64,000 nucleotides of DNA from Burkholderiales bacterium. Lineage in GTDB: Bacteria > Pseudomonadota > Gammaproteobacteria > Burkholderiales > SG8-41. Under the pieces are notes generated by a model. The model was given only the letters and a program-made list of their open reading frames with translations. It made no database searches and was not told where the DNA came from. The stretch is taken from positions 12,795 to 76,794 of the forward strand of contig DASPNJ010000083.1 of NCBI GenBank assembly GCA_035626595.1. The letters are read 5' to 3'. Shown in pieces: positions 43,129 through 51,609 of this stretch; position 1 is the first letter of the stretch; the number at the start of each line of letters is the position of its first letter. The translations under genes were made by a program, and so were the position numbers.

Positions 43129-43253
43129 GATCTCTCCTCGTCATCGATATGGCCCTCCCTGGTGATGACATTCTGCGCGCGCGTGAAGCGTCACGCAGAA
43201 GTTTTTGCGAGGAGCTTCGCGACGCGGGACCAATGTCCCGCGTCGAGCGGCGT

Positions 43254-44003
43254 TCAGGCCGCGCCGGCGGGCGTGTGCTTCGCGAGGAATGCCTTGCAGC
43301 GCGCCTTCGCCGTCTCGAGCGCCGCGCCTTCCTTCCATTCGGTCAGGTAGTCGTCGCAGCTCGGCAGAAGCCGCGCAAGCTCGTCGGAGATCGGCCGCGG
43401 GTGCGCTTCGTCGTTTCCCGCCAGCAACAGCGATGGCGTGTTGCAGCGCTTCACGAATTCGCGATCGACGCTGTAGAGAAACCCGGGCGCGTAGAGATTG
43501 TCGTGGAAGGCGTCGAGCACCGCCTCGGTCGCTTCCGGATGGTCCGTCAGCGTCTTGGCCCATTCGTTGAAGCGCACCGCGCGCCCGGGTTTCATCGGGC
43601 CGACGCGGCCGATCGGCTGCGCCCAGATCGCCGACTGCACCCGCTCCGGCGCCGTCTTGATGAGGTTCGCGATGAACGAGCCGCCGATGCACTGGCCGAA
43701 GAGATGGCACTTCCCGACCTTCAGATGATCGAGCACCGCAAGATGATCCGCGGTGTAGCTGTCCCAGCCGTCTTTCGCGGTGATCGGCGCGCGCGACCGG
43801 CCGCCGGATGCATTGCGCTGGTCCATGACGATCACGCGGTAGTCCTTCGCCCACTCCGGCACCGGTTTGATCGGCGCCGACGCGTCGTCCCAGATCCTGA
43901 TCTTCGACTGCAACCCGGCGGGCGCGAACGTGAGTATCGGGAAGCCTGTCCCGTGCTCTTCGAAATAGATCGTGGAACCGTGGGCGGTCTGTATCGTTGG
44001 CAT
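43254..44003 (-). CDS. Alpha/beta hydrolase fold protein with Cys at the nucleophile elbow
   Basis: TIYFEEHGTGFPILTFAPAG ... HLFGQCIGGSF (G-x-C-x-G where G-x-S-x-G is expected). GGAG lies 7 nt upstream of the ATG at 44003. Confidence 0.75.
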   Translation of the reverse strand: MPTIQTAHGSTIYFEEHGTGFPILTFAPAGLQSKIRIWDDASAPIKPVPEWAKDYRVIVMDQRNASGGRSRAPITAKDGWDSYTADHLAVLDHLKVGKCHLFGQCIGGSFIANLIKTAPERVQSAIWAQPIGRVGPMKPGRAVRFNEWAKTLTDHPEATEAVLDAFHDNLYAPGFLYSVDREFVKRCNTPSLLLAGNDEAHPRPISDELARLLPSCDDYLTEWKEGAALETAKARCKAFLAKHTPAGAA

Positions 44004-44005
44004 GG

Positions 44006-45043
44006 CTATCTCCTGTTCTCGGTGTCGTTGCTCGTCCGGGGTATGCCGCCGCGGCGCACCCATTCATAGCGTTCGGAAAGCGACGCTGCCAATGGACGCC
44101 GGCGTGCGTCGTCCACCGCAATCCACATCCTCAGCAGGTGACGCTGCCGCGACGGCTCGTCATGATCCTCGTACGCCGTGCGCGCGTGCAGCGTGACGTG
44201 ATTGTTGATGAGCTGGATGTCGCCTTCCTCGAAGTGCATCGCGAGCATGAGCTCGGGCCGGTTGGCGATCTCCTGCGCCTGGTCGAGCGCCTCGCGCTGA
44301 AGGGATGTCGGCCCGTACGATTCGCCGAACCGCGCGGCCGACTCGTAGTACGCCCGGCCGCAAATGCGTGTCGTGATAGCACCGTCGCGCGCGCTGAACA
44401 TCGGGATCGTGAACCACGGCCGCTCGCCGGGCGGCTCCTCGCCGCGCCAGTCGAGATGAAATGGTTCGTACAGAACCTCGAGCAGATCCGGGCGCTCCTC
44501 GCGCAGCACGTTGTGAACGGTCAACGCGCTCACGATCCTGCTCTCTCCGCCCGATCTAGCCGTGCGCATGCAGAAGAGGCCGATCATGTCGACCGGCAGG
44601 AGATCGGTGTGGAAATCCATTCGCACGCGCGTCTGGTATGCGCGCGCGTTCGGGTCGGCGAGGTCGCGGCCTTCGTCGCGCACGTGACCGAGCAGGTGCC
44701 CGCGCGCGTTCTGCGACACCGGCGTGCCGAGATGAACGCCGAGACCCCAATAGAGGAGCTCGCAGTCTTCGTCGCTGTAGCGCTCGCGCGGAACGCCTCG
44801 CAACAGCGTAAAACCGCGGCCATGCTCGATCTCCTCGAGCAGCGCGTCGAGCTTTGCAGCGACCGTAGGCAGCGGGAACAGCGCGCGGGAAAACGGAATG
44901 CGCGCGCCGTTGCGCTTCGCGTGCGTCAGCGCCGCGTCGATCTCCTCGAGGGCGGACGCATCGAGACGCTCGATCCACGAGGTCTCGTGCTGAAGCTCCG
45001 CGCCTTTCCATACTGCCGCTCCCGTCGCCGCCGGCATGACCAT
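44006..45043 (-). CDS. TauD/TfdA-superfamily dioxygenase (long form)
   Basis: 345 aa: GFTLLRGVP ... MDFHTDLLP (HxD) ... INNHVTLHART. Confidence 0.75.
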   Translation of the reverse strand: MVMPAATGAAVWKGAELQHETSWIERLDASALEEIDAALTHAKRNGARIPFSRALFPLPTVAAKLDALLEEIEHGRGFTLLRGVPRERYSDEDCELLYWGLGVHLGTPVSQNARGHLLGHVRDEGRDLADPNARAYQTRVRMDFHTDLLPVDMIGLFCMRTARSGGESRIVSALTVHNVLREERPDLLEVLYEPFHLDWRGEEPPGERPWFTIPMFSARDGAITTRICGRAYYESAARFGESYGPTSLQREALDQAQEIANRPELMLAMHFEEGDIQLINNHVTLHARTAYEDHDEPSRQRHLLRMWIAVDDARRRPLAASLSERYEWVRRGGIPRTSNDTENRR

Positions 45044-45052
45044 CAGAGTCCC

Positions 45053-46054
45053 CTACTGGAGCTTGATTCCGGCGCTCTGCACCACCTTGCGCCAGCGAGC
45101 GATTTCTTTGCGGATGATGGTCGCGAACTCCTGCGGCGTCGTACCGCCCGGCTCGAGCCCGATCGCCGCAAAGCGCCTGGCAAGCTCCGGCGACTTCAGC
45201 ACGCGATTGAGATCCGCGCTCGTCTTCTCCACGATTGCGCGCGGCGTCGCGGCCGGAAAGAGCATTCCGTACCAGACGTCGAACGCATAGCCGGGCACGC
45301 CGCTTTCAGCCACCGTCGGCACCTCCGGCGCGGCGGCCGAGCGCTTCGCGCCGCTCACCGCGAGCGCGCGCATGCGTCCGGCTTTCATGTGCGGCACCAC
45401 GGAGGCGATGCCGATCAACTGGAAATGGATTTCGCCCGATAGCATGGCGGTCAGCGCGGGACCGGTGCCTTTGTATGGGACGTGAACCAGCTCGATACCG
45501 GTCATCGTGCGCAGGAGCTCGGTCCCCAGGTGAGACGAGCCGCCGGCGCCGCCGGAGCCATAGCGCAGCTCGCCGGGCTTCGACTTGGCGAGCGCGACGA
45601 GCTCCTTGATGGAGCTGACGCCCAACGACGGCGTCACGACATAGACGAAAGGCTGCGTCGCGACGAGCGATACCGGCGCGAAGTCCTTTTCCGCGTCGAA
45701 AGCCAGGTTGCGATATAACGCGGGCACGTACGAGAACCCGAGGCTGCACAGCAGCATCGTGTAGCCATCCGGCGTGGCGCGCGCGGCGAGCTCGGTGCCG
45801 ATCACGCCGCCGCTGCCGCCGCGATTGTCGACGACGACGGTCTGACCCCAGCCCTGCCCGAGGTCCTGGGCCACCAGCCGCGCGATGAGGTCGGTGCCGC
45901 CGCCTGGCGCGAACGGCACGATCAGCCGCACCGGTTTGGTCGGGTAATTCGCCTGCGGCGCCTGCTTTTGCGCAGCCGCGCACGCGCTTGATGCGAGCAG
46001 CAGGCAAATCAGAAGCCGAACGCGGGTCGACCGCGCGTGCGCAACGACGGTCAT
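45053..46054 (-). CDS. Bug family (TctC-like) substrate-binding protein
   Basis: YPTKPVRLIVPFAPGGGTD ... VDNRGGSGG ... VPYKGTGP. ATGA overlap with the upstream gene. Confidence 0.9.
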   Translation of the reverse strand: MTVVAHARSTRVRLLICLLLASSACAAAQKQAPQANYPTKPVRLIVPFAPGGGTDLIARLVAQDLGQGWGQTVVVDNRGGSGGVIGTELAARATPDGYTMLLCSLGFSYVPALYRNLAFDAEKDFAPVSLVATQPFVYVVTPSLGVSSIKELVALAKSKPGELRYGSGGAGGSSHLGTELLRTMTGIELVHVPYKGTGPALTAMLSGEIHFQLIGIASVVPHMKAGRMRALAVSGAKRSAAAPEVPTVAESGVPGYAFDVWYGMLFPAATPRAIVEKTSADLNRVLKSPELARRFAAIGLEPGGTTPQEFATIIRKEIARWRKVVQSAGIKLQ

Positions 46055-46887
46055 GCGGCGGCCGGACGCTTCCAGCCGAGCCAGTCCACGATCGCTTTAC
46101 CCATGACCAGCTCGAGATCGTTGCCTTTGAGCCACGGCATCTCCTGCGTGAACATCGTGACGCACTGGCGGTAGGAGATCGGCATGCGCGTGATGTCGGT
46201 GCCCCAGAAGCAGCGCTCGGGCCCGAACGTGTCCACGATCTGCTGGAGATACTTGTGGATGTTCTGGTACGGGTATGGCTGTGTGGAGGTGCTCGGCGCG
46301 CCGGAGAGCTTCACCGCGACGTTCGGCAGCTTCGCGAGCGCGAGCATGTCTTCGAGGTCGGCGTACGCGGCATCGTCTTTCTTGTCGGCTCTGCCGCCGC
46401 CGCGGCCGATGTGATCGATATGAATCCTGAGCCCGGGATGGCGCCGCGCGATGTCGCCGAAGGCCTTGATGTTGGGCCCGGCCGCAAGCAGCCCCACACG
46501 CAGGTTCTCGCGCTCACACGCTTTCCAGAACCAGTCGAGCGACCCGTCGGTCCACCACGATTTCTGGTGCGGCTCGTTGAAGGTGTAGCGAAAACCGAGC
46601 ATGCCCGGCCGCTCGCGCCAGCGCTTCACGACCTCCTCCCGGTCCGGCCGCTGCAGATCGAAATGCCCGAGGATGCAGAACTTCTCCGGGTGCTTGCGCA
46701 CCGCTTCCACCGCGTAATCGTTCATCGCGTCGCCCAGCGAGCTCGGCGGATGGATCACCGCGGCATCGACACCCGCCGACGCCATCTCGTCGAGCGCCTG
46801 CTCGTACGAGTACGTCGGGTCCTGCCGGTGGTGCGGGCTCATCTTGCCGTTTTTCCAGACGTGGATCTGCGAATCGACGATCAGCAT
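46051..46887 (-). CDS. Amidohydrolase_2 (ACMSD/LigI-like metal-dependent hydrolase) family protein
   Basis: MLIVDSQIHVW ... AAVIHPPS ... IHIDHIG ... CFWGTD. Confidence 0.8.
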   Translation of the reverse strand: MLIVDSQIHVWKNGKMSPHHRQDPTYSYEQALDEMASAGVDAAVIHPPSSLGDAMNDYAVEAVRKHPEKFCILGHFDLQRPDREEVVKRWRERPGMLGFRYTFNEPHQKSWWTDGSLDWFWKACERENLRVGLLAAGPNIKAFGDIARRHPGLRIHIDHIGRGGGRADKKDDAAYADLEDMLALAKLPNVAVKLSGAPSTSTQPYPYQNIHKYLQQIVDTFGPERCFWGTDITRMPISYRQCVTMFTQEMPWLKGNDLELVMGKAIVDWLGWKRPAAA

Positions 46888-46905
46888 TTACATCCTCCGA
46901 TGGAT

Positions 46906-46978
46906 GGTGCGCTATCAGCGCACCCTACGTTACTCGTTCCCTCGCCCCACGAAGTGGGGAGAGGGTTAGGGTGAGGGG
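46906..46978. repeat. REP-A copy (46906-46929) followed by family E element (46939-46978)
   Basis: GGTGCGCTATCAGCGCACCCTACG, then CCCTCGCCCCACGAAGTGGGGAGAGGGTTAGGGTGAGGGG. Intercistronic, between the thiolase-like stop and the amidohydrolase start. Confidence 0.85.
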
Positions 46979-46981
46979 AAA

Positions 46982-48163
46982 CTAATACGGTTCTCGCACG
47001 AAAATAAACGTTGTGCCGGTCACGATCGGCGCGCTCGCGCCGACGAATGAAACGTTCACGTCCTTCACCTGCCGCTCGCCCGCGCGGCCCGCGGCCTGCA
47101 GCGCGCCCTCGATGATGTGCCACAGGCCGTGGATGCGCCCGGTGCTCAAGCTCCCGCCGAACGTGTTGAGCGGCAGCGCGCCGTCGAGCTCTATGCGGCC
47201 GTCCTGGATGAAGTCGAGTGCTTCGCCCTCCTTGCAGAATCCGTACGACTCGAGACCGTAGAGCACCGACGCGGAAAAGCCGTCGTAGATCTGGGCGACG
47301 TCCACGTCCTGCGGAGAGAAACCCGAGCGCTCCCACGTGAGCTGTGCCGAGCTGCGGCCGCCATCCATGTACGACGCGAGGCTGCCGATGCGGCCTGCGA
47401 CTTCGAAATGCAGCCGCTGGCCATAGCCGGCGAGGTACGCAGGGCGCGGCTTGAGATCGCGCGCGCGCTCAGCGCTCGTGAGCACGATGGCGACGGCGCC
47501 CTGCACCGGGATGTCGCAGTCGTACAGGCAGAACGGATACGCGACCATGCGCGATTCCAGATACGCCTCGCGCGCGAGCGGCACCTTGAAATACGAATGC
47601 GGATTCTTCAGGCCGTGGTCACGCTGCGTGACGGCGAGCGTGGCCATCTTCTCGCGCTGCTGGCTGTTCTTCTCGAGGTAACGCGTATAGGCGACCGCCA
47701 TCCCCTGTCCCGGCCCGCCGAAGCCATAGGGCGCGGTGAACTGCAGCGCGCCCTGCGCGTACGTCCCCGGCAGGTTCTGGTACGTGCCCTTCGGGTTGTG
47801 CATCGCGCGCCACACCACCGCGTACTTGCACACGCCTGCGAGCAGCGCGTTCACCGCCTGCTGCACGGCGCCGCCGATGTTCACCGACCCGGTCTGGATG
47901 TGCCACGCGAGGTTCGGCAGCTTGAGCATCGCCATCATGCAGTTCACCGAGACGATGCTGATGCCGTCCACCTCGGCGTGACCGGTCGCCGGCAGCTCGG
48001 GATAGGTGGCCAGACCATCGATATCGGAAAGCGTGAGCCCCGAATCCTCGACCGCGTCCTTCACTGCGTCGAGCGCGTGCGCCGCGAGCGGACGCTCGGC
48101 GAGCCGCGTTGCCTTGGAAAAGCCGACGCCGCTCACGGCGATCTTGCAGCGGTTTTGCCACAT
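46982..48163 (-). CDS. Thiolase-fold protein of the SCP-x/Ltp2-like type, apparently without the nucleophilic Cys
   Basis: KIAVSGVGFSKATR ... TGSVNIGGAVQQAVNALLAG, where thiolases carry C-x-S-G. Partnered with a DUF35 gene upstream. Confidence 0.75.
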   Translation of the reverse strand: MWQNRCKIAVSGVGFSKATRLAERPLAAHALDAVKDAVEDSGLTLSDIDGLATYPELPATGHAEVDGISIVSVNCMMAMLKLPNLAWHIQTGSVNIGGAVQQAVNALLAGVCKYAVVWRAMHNPKGTYQNLPGTYAQGALQFTAPYGFGGPGQGMAVAYTRYLEKNSQQREKMATLAVTQRDHGLKNPHSYFKVPLAREAYLESRMVAYPFCLYDCDIPVQGAVAIVLTSAERARDLKPRPAYLAGYGQRLHFEVAGRIGSLASYMDGGRSSAQLTWERSGFSPQDVDVAQIYDGFSASVLYGLESYGFCKEGEALDFIQDGRIELDGALPLNTFGGSLSTGRIHGLWHIIEGALQAAGRAGERQVKDVNVSFVGASAPIVTGTTFIFVREPY

Positions 48164-48174
48164 CAGGTCTGTTT

Positions 48175-48211
48175 CCCCTCACCCCAACCCTCCCCCCTAC
48201 CGGGGCGAGGG
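48175..48211. repeat. Family E element, inverted relative to 46939-46978
   Basis: CCCCTCACCCCAACCCTCCCCCCTACCGGGGCGAGGG. Overlaps the last codons and stop of the DUF35 gene. Confidence 0.8.
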
Positions 48212-48631
48212 CGCCAGCTTGAACTGCGGGAGCGTGATGTCGTCGTTGAGCGGCTGGAACGTGACCTCGACGCGACGGCCGACCTTCGCCTCCGTGTACT
48301 CCGCGTCGAGCAGGTTGCCCGCCATGAGCGCGCCCGGTGCATCGTCGAGCTCGACGATGATGCTCGCGTACGGCACCGCCGGCGCGAAGCGCTTGTCGCC
48401 GGTGTGGTACATGATCGTGTACGCGTAGATCGCGCCCGTGCCGCGCACCGGCTCGAACGCAAGGTCGGTCGAGACGCAGTTCACGCACGTCGCATACGGC
48501 GGATGCTGAAAGCGGCGGCAGCTCCGGCACCGCTGGAGCTTGAGCACGCCCGCTTTCGCCGCGTCCCAGAATGGCTTCGTCATGTCGTTCGGCACGGGGA
48601 TCGGCCGTGTGACTTCGCTCCAGTCGCTCAT
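48197..48631 (-). CDS. DUF35 zinc-ribbon/OB-fold protein
   Basis: FWDAAKAGVLKLQRCRSCRRFQHPPYATCVNC (4-Cys ribbon), then OB-fold-like G(T/A)IY.YT... Confidence 0.85.
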   Translation of the reverse strand: MSDWSEVTRPIPVPNDMTKPFWDAAKAGVLKLQRCRSCRRFQHPPYATCVNCVSTDLAFEPVRGTGAIYAYTIMYHTGDKRFAPAVPYASIIVELDDAPGALMAGNLLDAEYTEAKVGRRVEVTFQPLNDDITLPQFKLAPSPR

Positions 48632-48643
48632 CGTTTTCTTCGC

Positions 48644-48724
48644 GGTGCGCTATCGGCGCACCCTACGGTTGCATTCGTCACGGAGCTTCACTTCATCTCA
48701 CGTAGGGTGCGCCAGTGGCGCACC
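48644..48724. repeat. REPIN-like inverted doublet of REP family A
   Basis: GGTGCGCTATCGGCGCACCCTACG (48644-48667), a 33-nt spacer, then CGTAGGGTGCGCCAGTGGCGCACC (48701-48724). Confidence 0.85.
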
Positions 48725-48725
48725 G

Positions 48726-49271
48726 TCAGACCTTCAGGACTTCCGCACCTTCCGCGGCCTCCAGCTCGCAGGCGTTCGCCGACATCGCGAGCATGCTGTA
48801 GTAGCCGATCGTGCCGGTGAGCTCGATCAACTGCTCGTTACCGAAGCGCTCCTGGAGTGCCTTCATCGTCGCCGAATCCACCCGGTGCTTGCGGATCAGA
48901 TCGCGCGTGAAGTCGACGATCTGCGCGTCTTCGGCGGGGATGCCGCGGGAATGCTTCTCGCGAATCGCGGTAATCGTCGATTCGGCCACGCCCTGCTTGC
49001 GCGCCTGCCCGGTCTGCGCGCCCCAGATGTAAACGGCGTCGAACTCGCGCGCGACGGTCATCGCGGCGAGCACGCGCACCCGATGGTCGAGCTTGCCCTC
49101 GAAGCGGATGTAACCGCCGATACTGACGTAGTGCTGCGCGAGCGGCGGACAGTGCATCAGCATCGTGAACGGTCCCTGCACCTTGCCGCGGCTTTTCACC
49201 ACCGCGTCGAAAACGGCATGGTGCTCCGGCGCCACCTGTTCCTTGCGTGTAATCGATTCCAGCCTTGCCAT
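48726..49271 (-). CDS. Carboxymuconolactone decarboxylase (AhpD-like) family protein
   Basis: 181 aa: VFDAVVKSRGKVQGPFTMLMHCPPLA ... ELTGTIGYYSMLAM. Confidence 0.75.
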   Translation of the reverse strand: MARLESITRKEQVAPEHHAVFDAVVKSRGKVQGPFTMLMHCPPLAQHYVSIGGYIRFEGKLDHRVRVLAAMTVAREFDAVYIWGAQTGQARKQGVAESTITAIREKHSRGIPAEDAQIVDFTRDLIRKHRVDSATMKALQERFGNEQLIELTGTIGYYSMLAMSANACELEAAEGAEVLKV

Positions 49272-49296
49272 CGTTTGTCCTTCCTTTGAAAGTAGC

Positions 49297-50220
49297 TCAA
49301 CGCACCTTGAACACGAGCTTGCCGCGGAAATGGCGGCCCTCGCTCACTTTATGGGCTTCCGCGGCTTCCGACAGCTTGTACACCCTGATCTCGGGCACGC
49401 GCACGGCGCCGCACGTGACGAGCTCGACGATGCGCTCGAGATGCGCCCGGTCACGGGCGACTTTCGGACGCAGCGACACGACACCGTCGCGCGGCGGCAC
49501 TGGTGCCGTACCACCGGACGCGATGAACGCAGCGCGCCCGCCGGGTTTGAGAACGCTGAACGAGCGCTTTGCGACGTCGCCGCCCACCGTATCGAAGACA
49601 GCATCGACGCCCGAGACCACTTCCGCGAAGTCCTGCTTGTTGTAATCGACGATCTCGTCGGCGCCAAGGCTGCGCACGTAGTCGTGGTTCGCAGCGCTCG
49701 TGGTCGTGATCACGCGCGCACCGATGTGCTTCGCGACCTGTATCGCGAAGCTCGCGACGCCGCCGGCACCGCCCTGGATGAGAATAGTCTCCCTGGCCTT
49801 AAGCTTCAGCGTGTCCTCGATCGAGACGAGCGCGGTGAGCCCGATCAGCGCGAGCGCCGCGCACTCGACGTGCGACAGGCTCTCCGGTTTGTTCGCGACG
49901 ATTGCGGCGTTCATCGCGACTTTTTCGGCGTAGCAGGCTTCACCGGTCTGCTCGGAGACGCCGAACACGGGATCCCCGACCTTGAAGTCCTTTACACCCG
50001 CGCCGAGCGCGCTCACCACGCCCGAGAAATCGCGCCCCGGAATGTACGGAAAGCTCGTCGTCGGCGCGTAATGCCCCGAGCGCACTTTCCAGTCCGCACC
50101 GTTCACGCTCGCGGCGTGCACGTCCACCAGTACCTGGCCGGGACCCGCGACGGGATCGGGCACGTCGCCGTACTCCATCACCTCCGGACCACCGTTGCGC
50201 ATGAAGTAAGCAGCTTTCAT
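49297..50220 (-). CDS. NAD(P)H:quinone oxidoreductase-type medium-chain dehydrogenase/reductase
   Basis: GQVLVDVHAASVNGADWKVRSG ... ILIQGGAGGVASFAIQVAK. Confidence 0.85.
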   Translation of the reverse strand: MKAAYFMRNGGPEVMEYGDVPDPVAGPGQVLVDVHAASVNGADWKVRSGHYAPTTSFPYIPGRDFSGVVSALGAGVKDFKVGDPVFGVSEQTGEACYAEKVAMNAAIVANKPESLSHVECAALALIGLTALVSIEDTLKLKARETILIQGGAGGVASFAIQVAKHIGARVITTTSAANHDYVRSLGADEIVDYNKQDFAEVVSGVDAVFDTVGGDVAKRSFSVLKPGGRAAFIASGGTAPVPPRDGVVSLRPKVARDRAHLERIVELVTCGAVRVPEIRVYKLSEAAEAHKVSEGRHFRGKLVFKVR

Positions 50221-50258
50221 TTGATTCCTGTTCAGAACTACAAGTTGGCGCCAAATTC

Positions 50259-50328
50259 GTCATTCCCGCGGAGGCGGGAATCCAGAAGACGCTCTTGCGC
50301 TCTGGACCCCCGCCTTCGCGGGGGTGAC
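50259..50328. repeat. Family B hairpin pair
   Basis: GTCATTCCCGCGGAGGCGGGAATCCAG (50259-50285) and GGACCCCCGCCTTCGCGGGGGTGAC (50304-50328), in the divergent gap. Confidence 0.85.
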
Positions 50329-50416
50329 GTTCACGAGCCTTCGGAGTCAGGACACTAGTGCAGCCGCGAGGGCGCCGCAAGCATGCTAGATTCGTGACAT
50401 CTCCGGAGGAGTCCGC

Positions 50417-51586
50417 ATGTCGAACAGAGTCGCGCTGTACGCGAACGTCGGTGCCGAGCTCACGCACTATGAAGTCGATGTCGAAAACGCAACGCTCACC
50501 AAGCGCGATACGGTGACGCTGCCCGCCGGCGTGCAGTACGCGTGGCCGCACAAATCAGGACGTTATCTGTACGTCGCGACCAGCAGCAGCGAATCGGGCC
50601 ACGGCAAGGCCGGCACGGAGCACCATGTCACGGCGTTGCGCATCGATCCCGAGACCGGCGCACTCTCGAAGCACGGCGACCCGATCCGGCTCCCGACGCG
50701 TCCGATCCACATGACGCTCGACAGACCGTCGAAGCACATCCTGGTGGCGTACAACCGGCCGAGCGGGCTCAACGTCTACCGCATCAACGAGGACTTCACG
50801 CCGGGGGAGGAAGTGAAACAGCCGGGAGCGCTCGACTCGGGCATCTACGCACACCAGATTCGCGTCACGCCCGACAACAAGCTCGCGATTCTGGTCACCC
50901 GCGGAAACGAAGGCACCGCGCAGCGCCCCGAGGATCCCGGCGCATTGAAGGTCTTCGACTATACGGACGGGCTGCTCACGAGCTGCGTCTCCGTCGCTCC
51001 GGACGGCGGCCGGAATTTCGGCCCGCGGCACCTCGACTTCCATCCGACGAAGCCGTGGATGTACGTCTCGATCGAAACGCAGAACAAGATGTACACCTAC
51101 CGCATGGAAAACGGCCGCGTCGATCCGGAGATCGCCTTCCGCGCCGATACGCTGAAGGAGCCTAACAACATCCGCGCGCGTCAGGCCGCGAGCACCGTGC
51201 ACGTGCATCCGAACGGCCGCTTCCTCTACGGCGCGAACCGCGCGCAGGCGACGGTCGAATACAAGGGCGAGCAGGTGTTCAAGGGCGGCGAGAACAGCAT
51301 CGTGGTGTATTCGATCGATCAGCAAACCGGCGAGCCGACACCGATTCAGCATATCGAGACGCGCGCCATTCACCCGCGTACGTTCCACATCGATCCGAGC
51401 GGGCGCATGCTGGTGGCCCAGCACAACAAGCCGGTCAAGTTGCGCGACGGCGACGCGATACGCACCGTCGCTGCCGGTCTTTCGGTGTTGCGCATCGGCG
51501 ACGACGGCAAGCTCACGTTCGTACGCAAGTACGACGTCGATGTCGGCGACAAGCTCATGTTCTGGATGGGAATGGTCCCGCTTTAG
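50417..51586 (+). CDS. Seven-bladed beta-propeller lactonase family protein (paralogue of 36581..37741)
   Basis: Collinear with the other copy along the whole length (VQYAWPH, RPEDPGALK, GPRHLDFHPTKPWMYV, HVHPNGRFLY, GGENSIVVYSID, FWMGMV). Confidence 0.75.
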   Translation: MSNRVALYANVGAELTHYEVDVENATLTKRDTVTLPAGVQYAWPHKSGRYLYVATSSSESGHGKAGTEHHVTALRIDPETGALSKHGDPIRLPTRPIHMTLDRPSKHILVAYNRPSGLNVYRINEDFTPGEEVKQPGALDSGIYAHQIRVTPDNKLAILVTRGNEGTAQRPEDPGALKVFDYTDGLLTSCVSVAPDGGRNFGPRHLDFHPTKPWMYVSIETQNKMYTYRMENGRVDPEIAFRADTLKEPNNIRARQAASTVHVHPNGRFLYGANRAQATVEYKGEQVFKGGENSIVVYSIDQQTGEPTPIQHIETRAIHPRTFHIDPSGRMLVAQHNKPVKLRDGDAIRTVAAGLSVLRIGDDGKLTFVRKYDVDVGDKLMFWMGMVPL

Positions 51587-51609
51587 ACCGGATCACCGGC
51601 GCACCAGGC

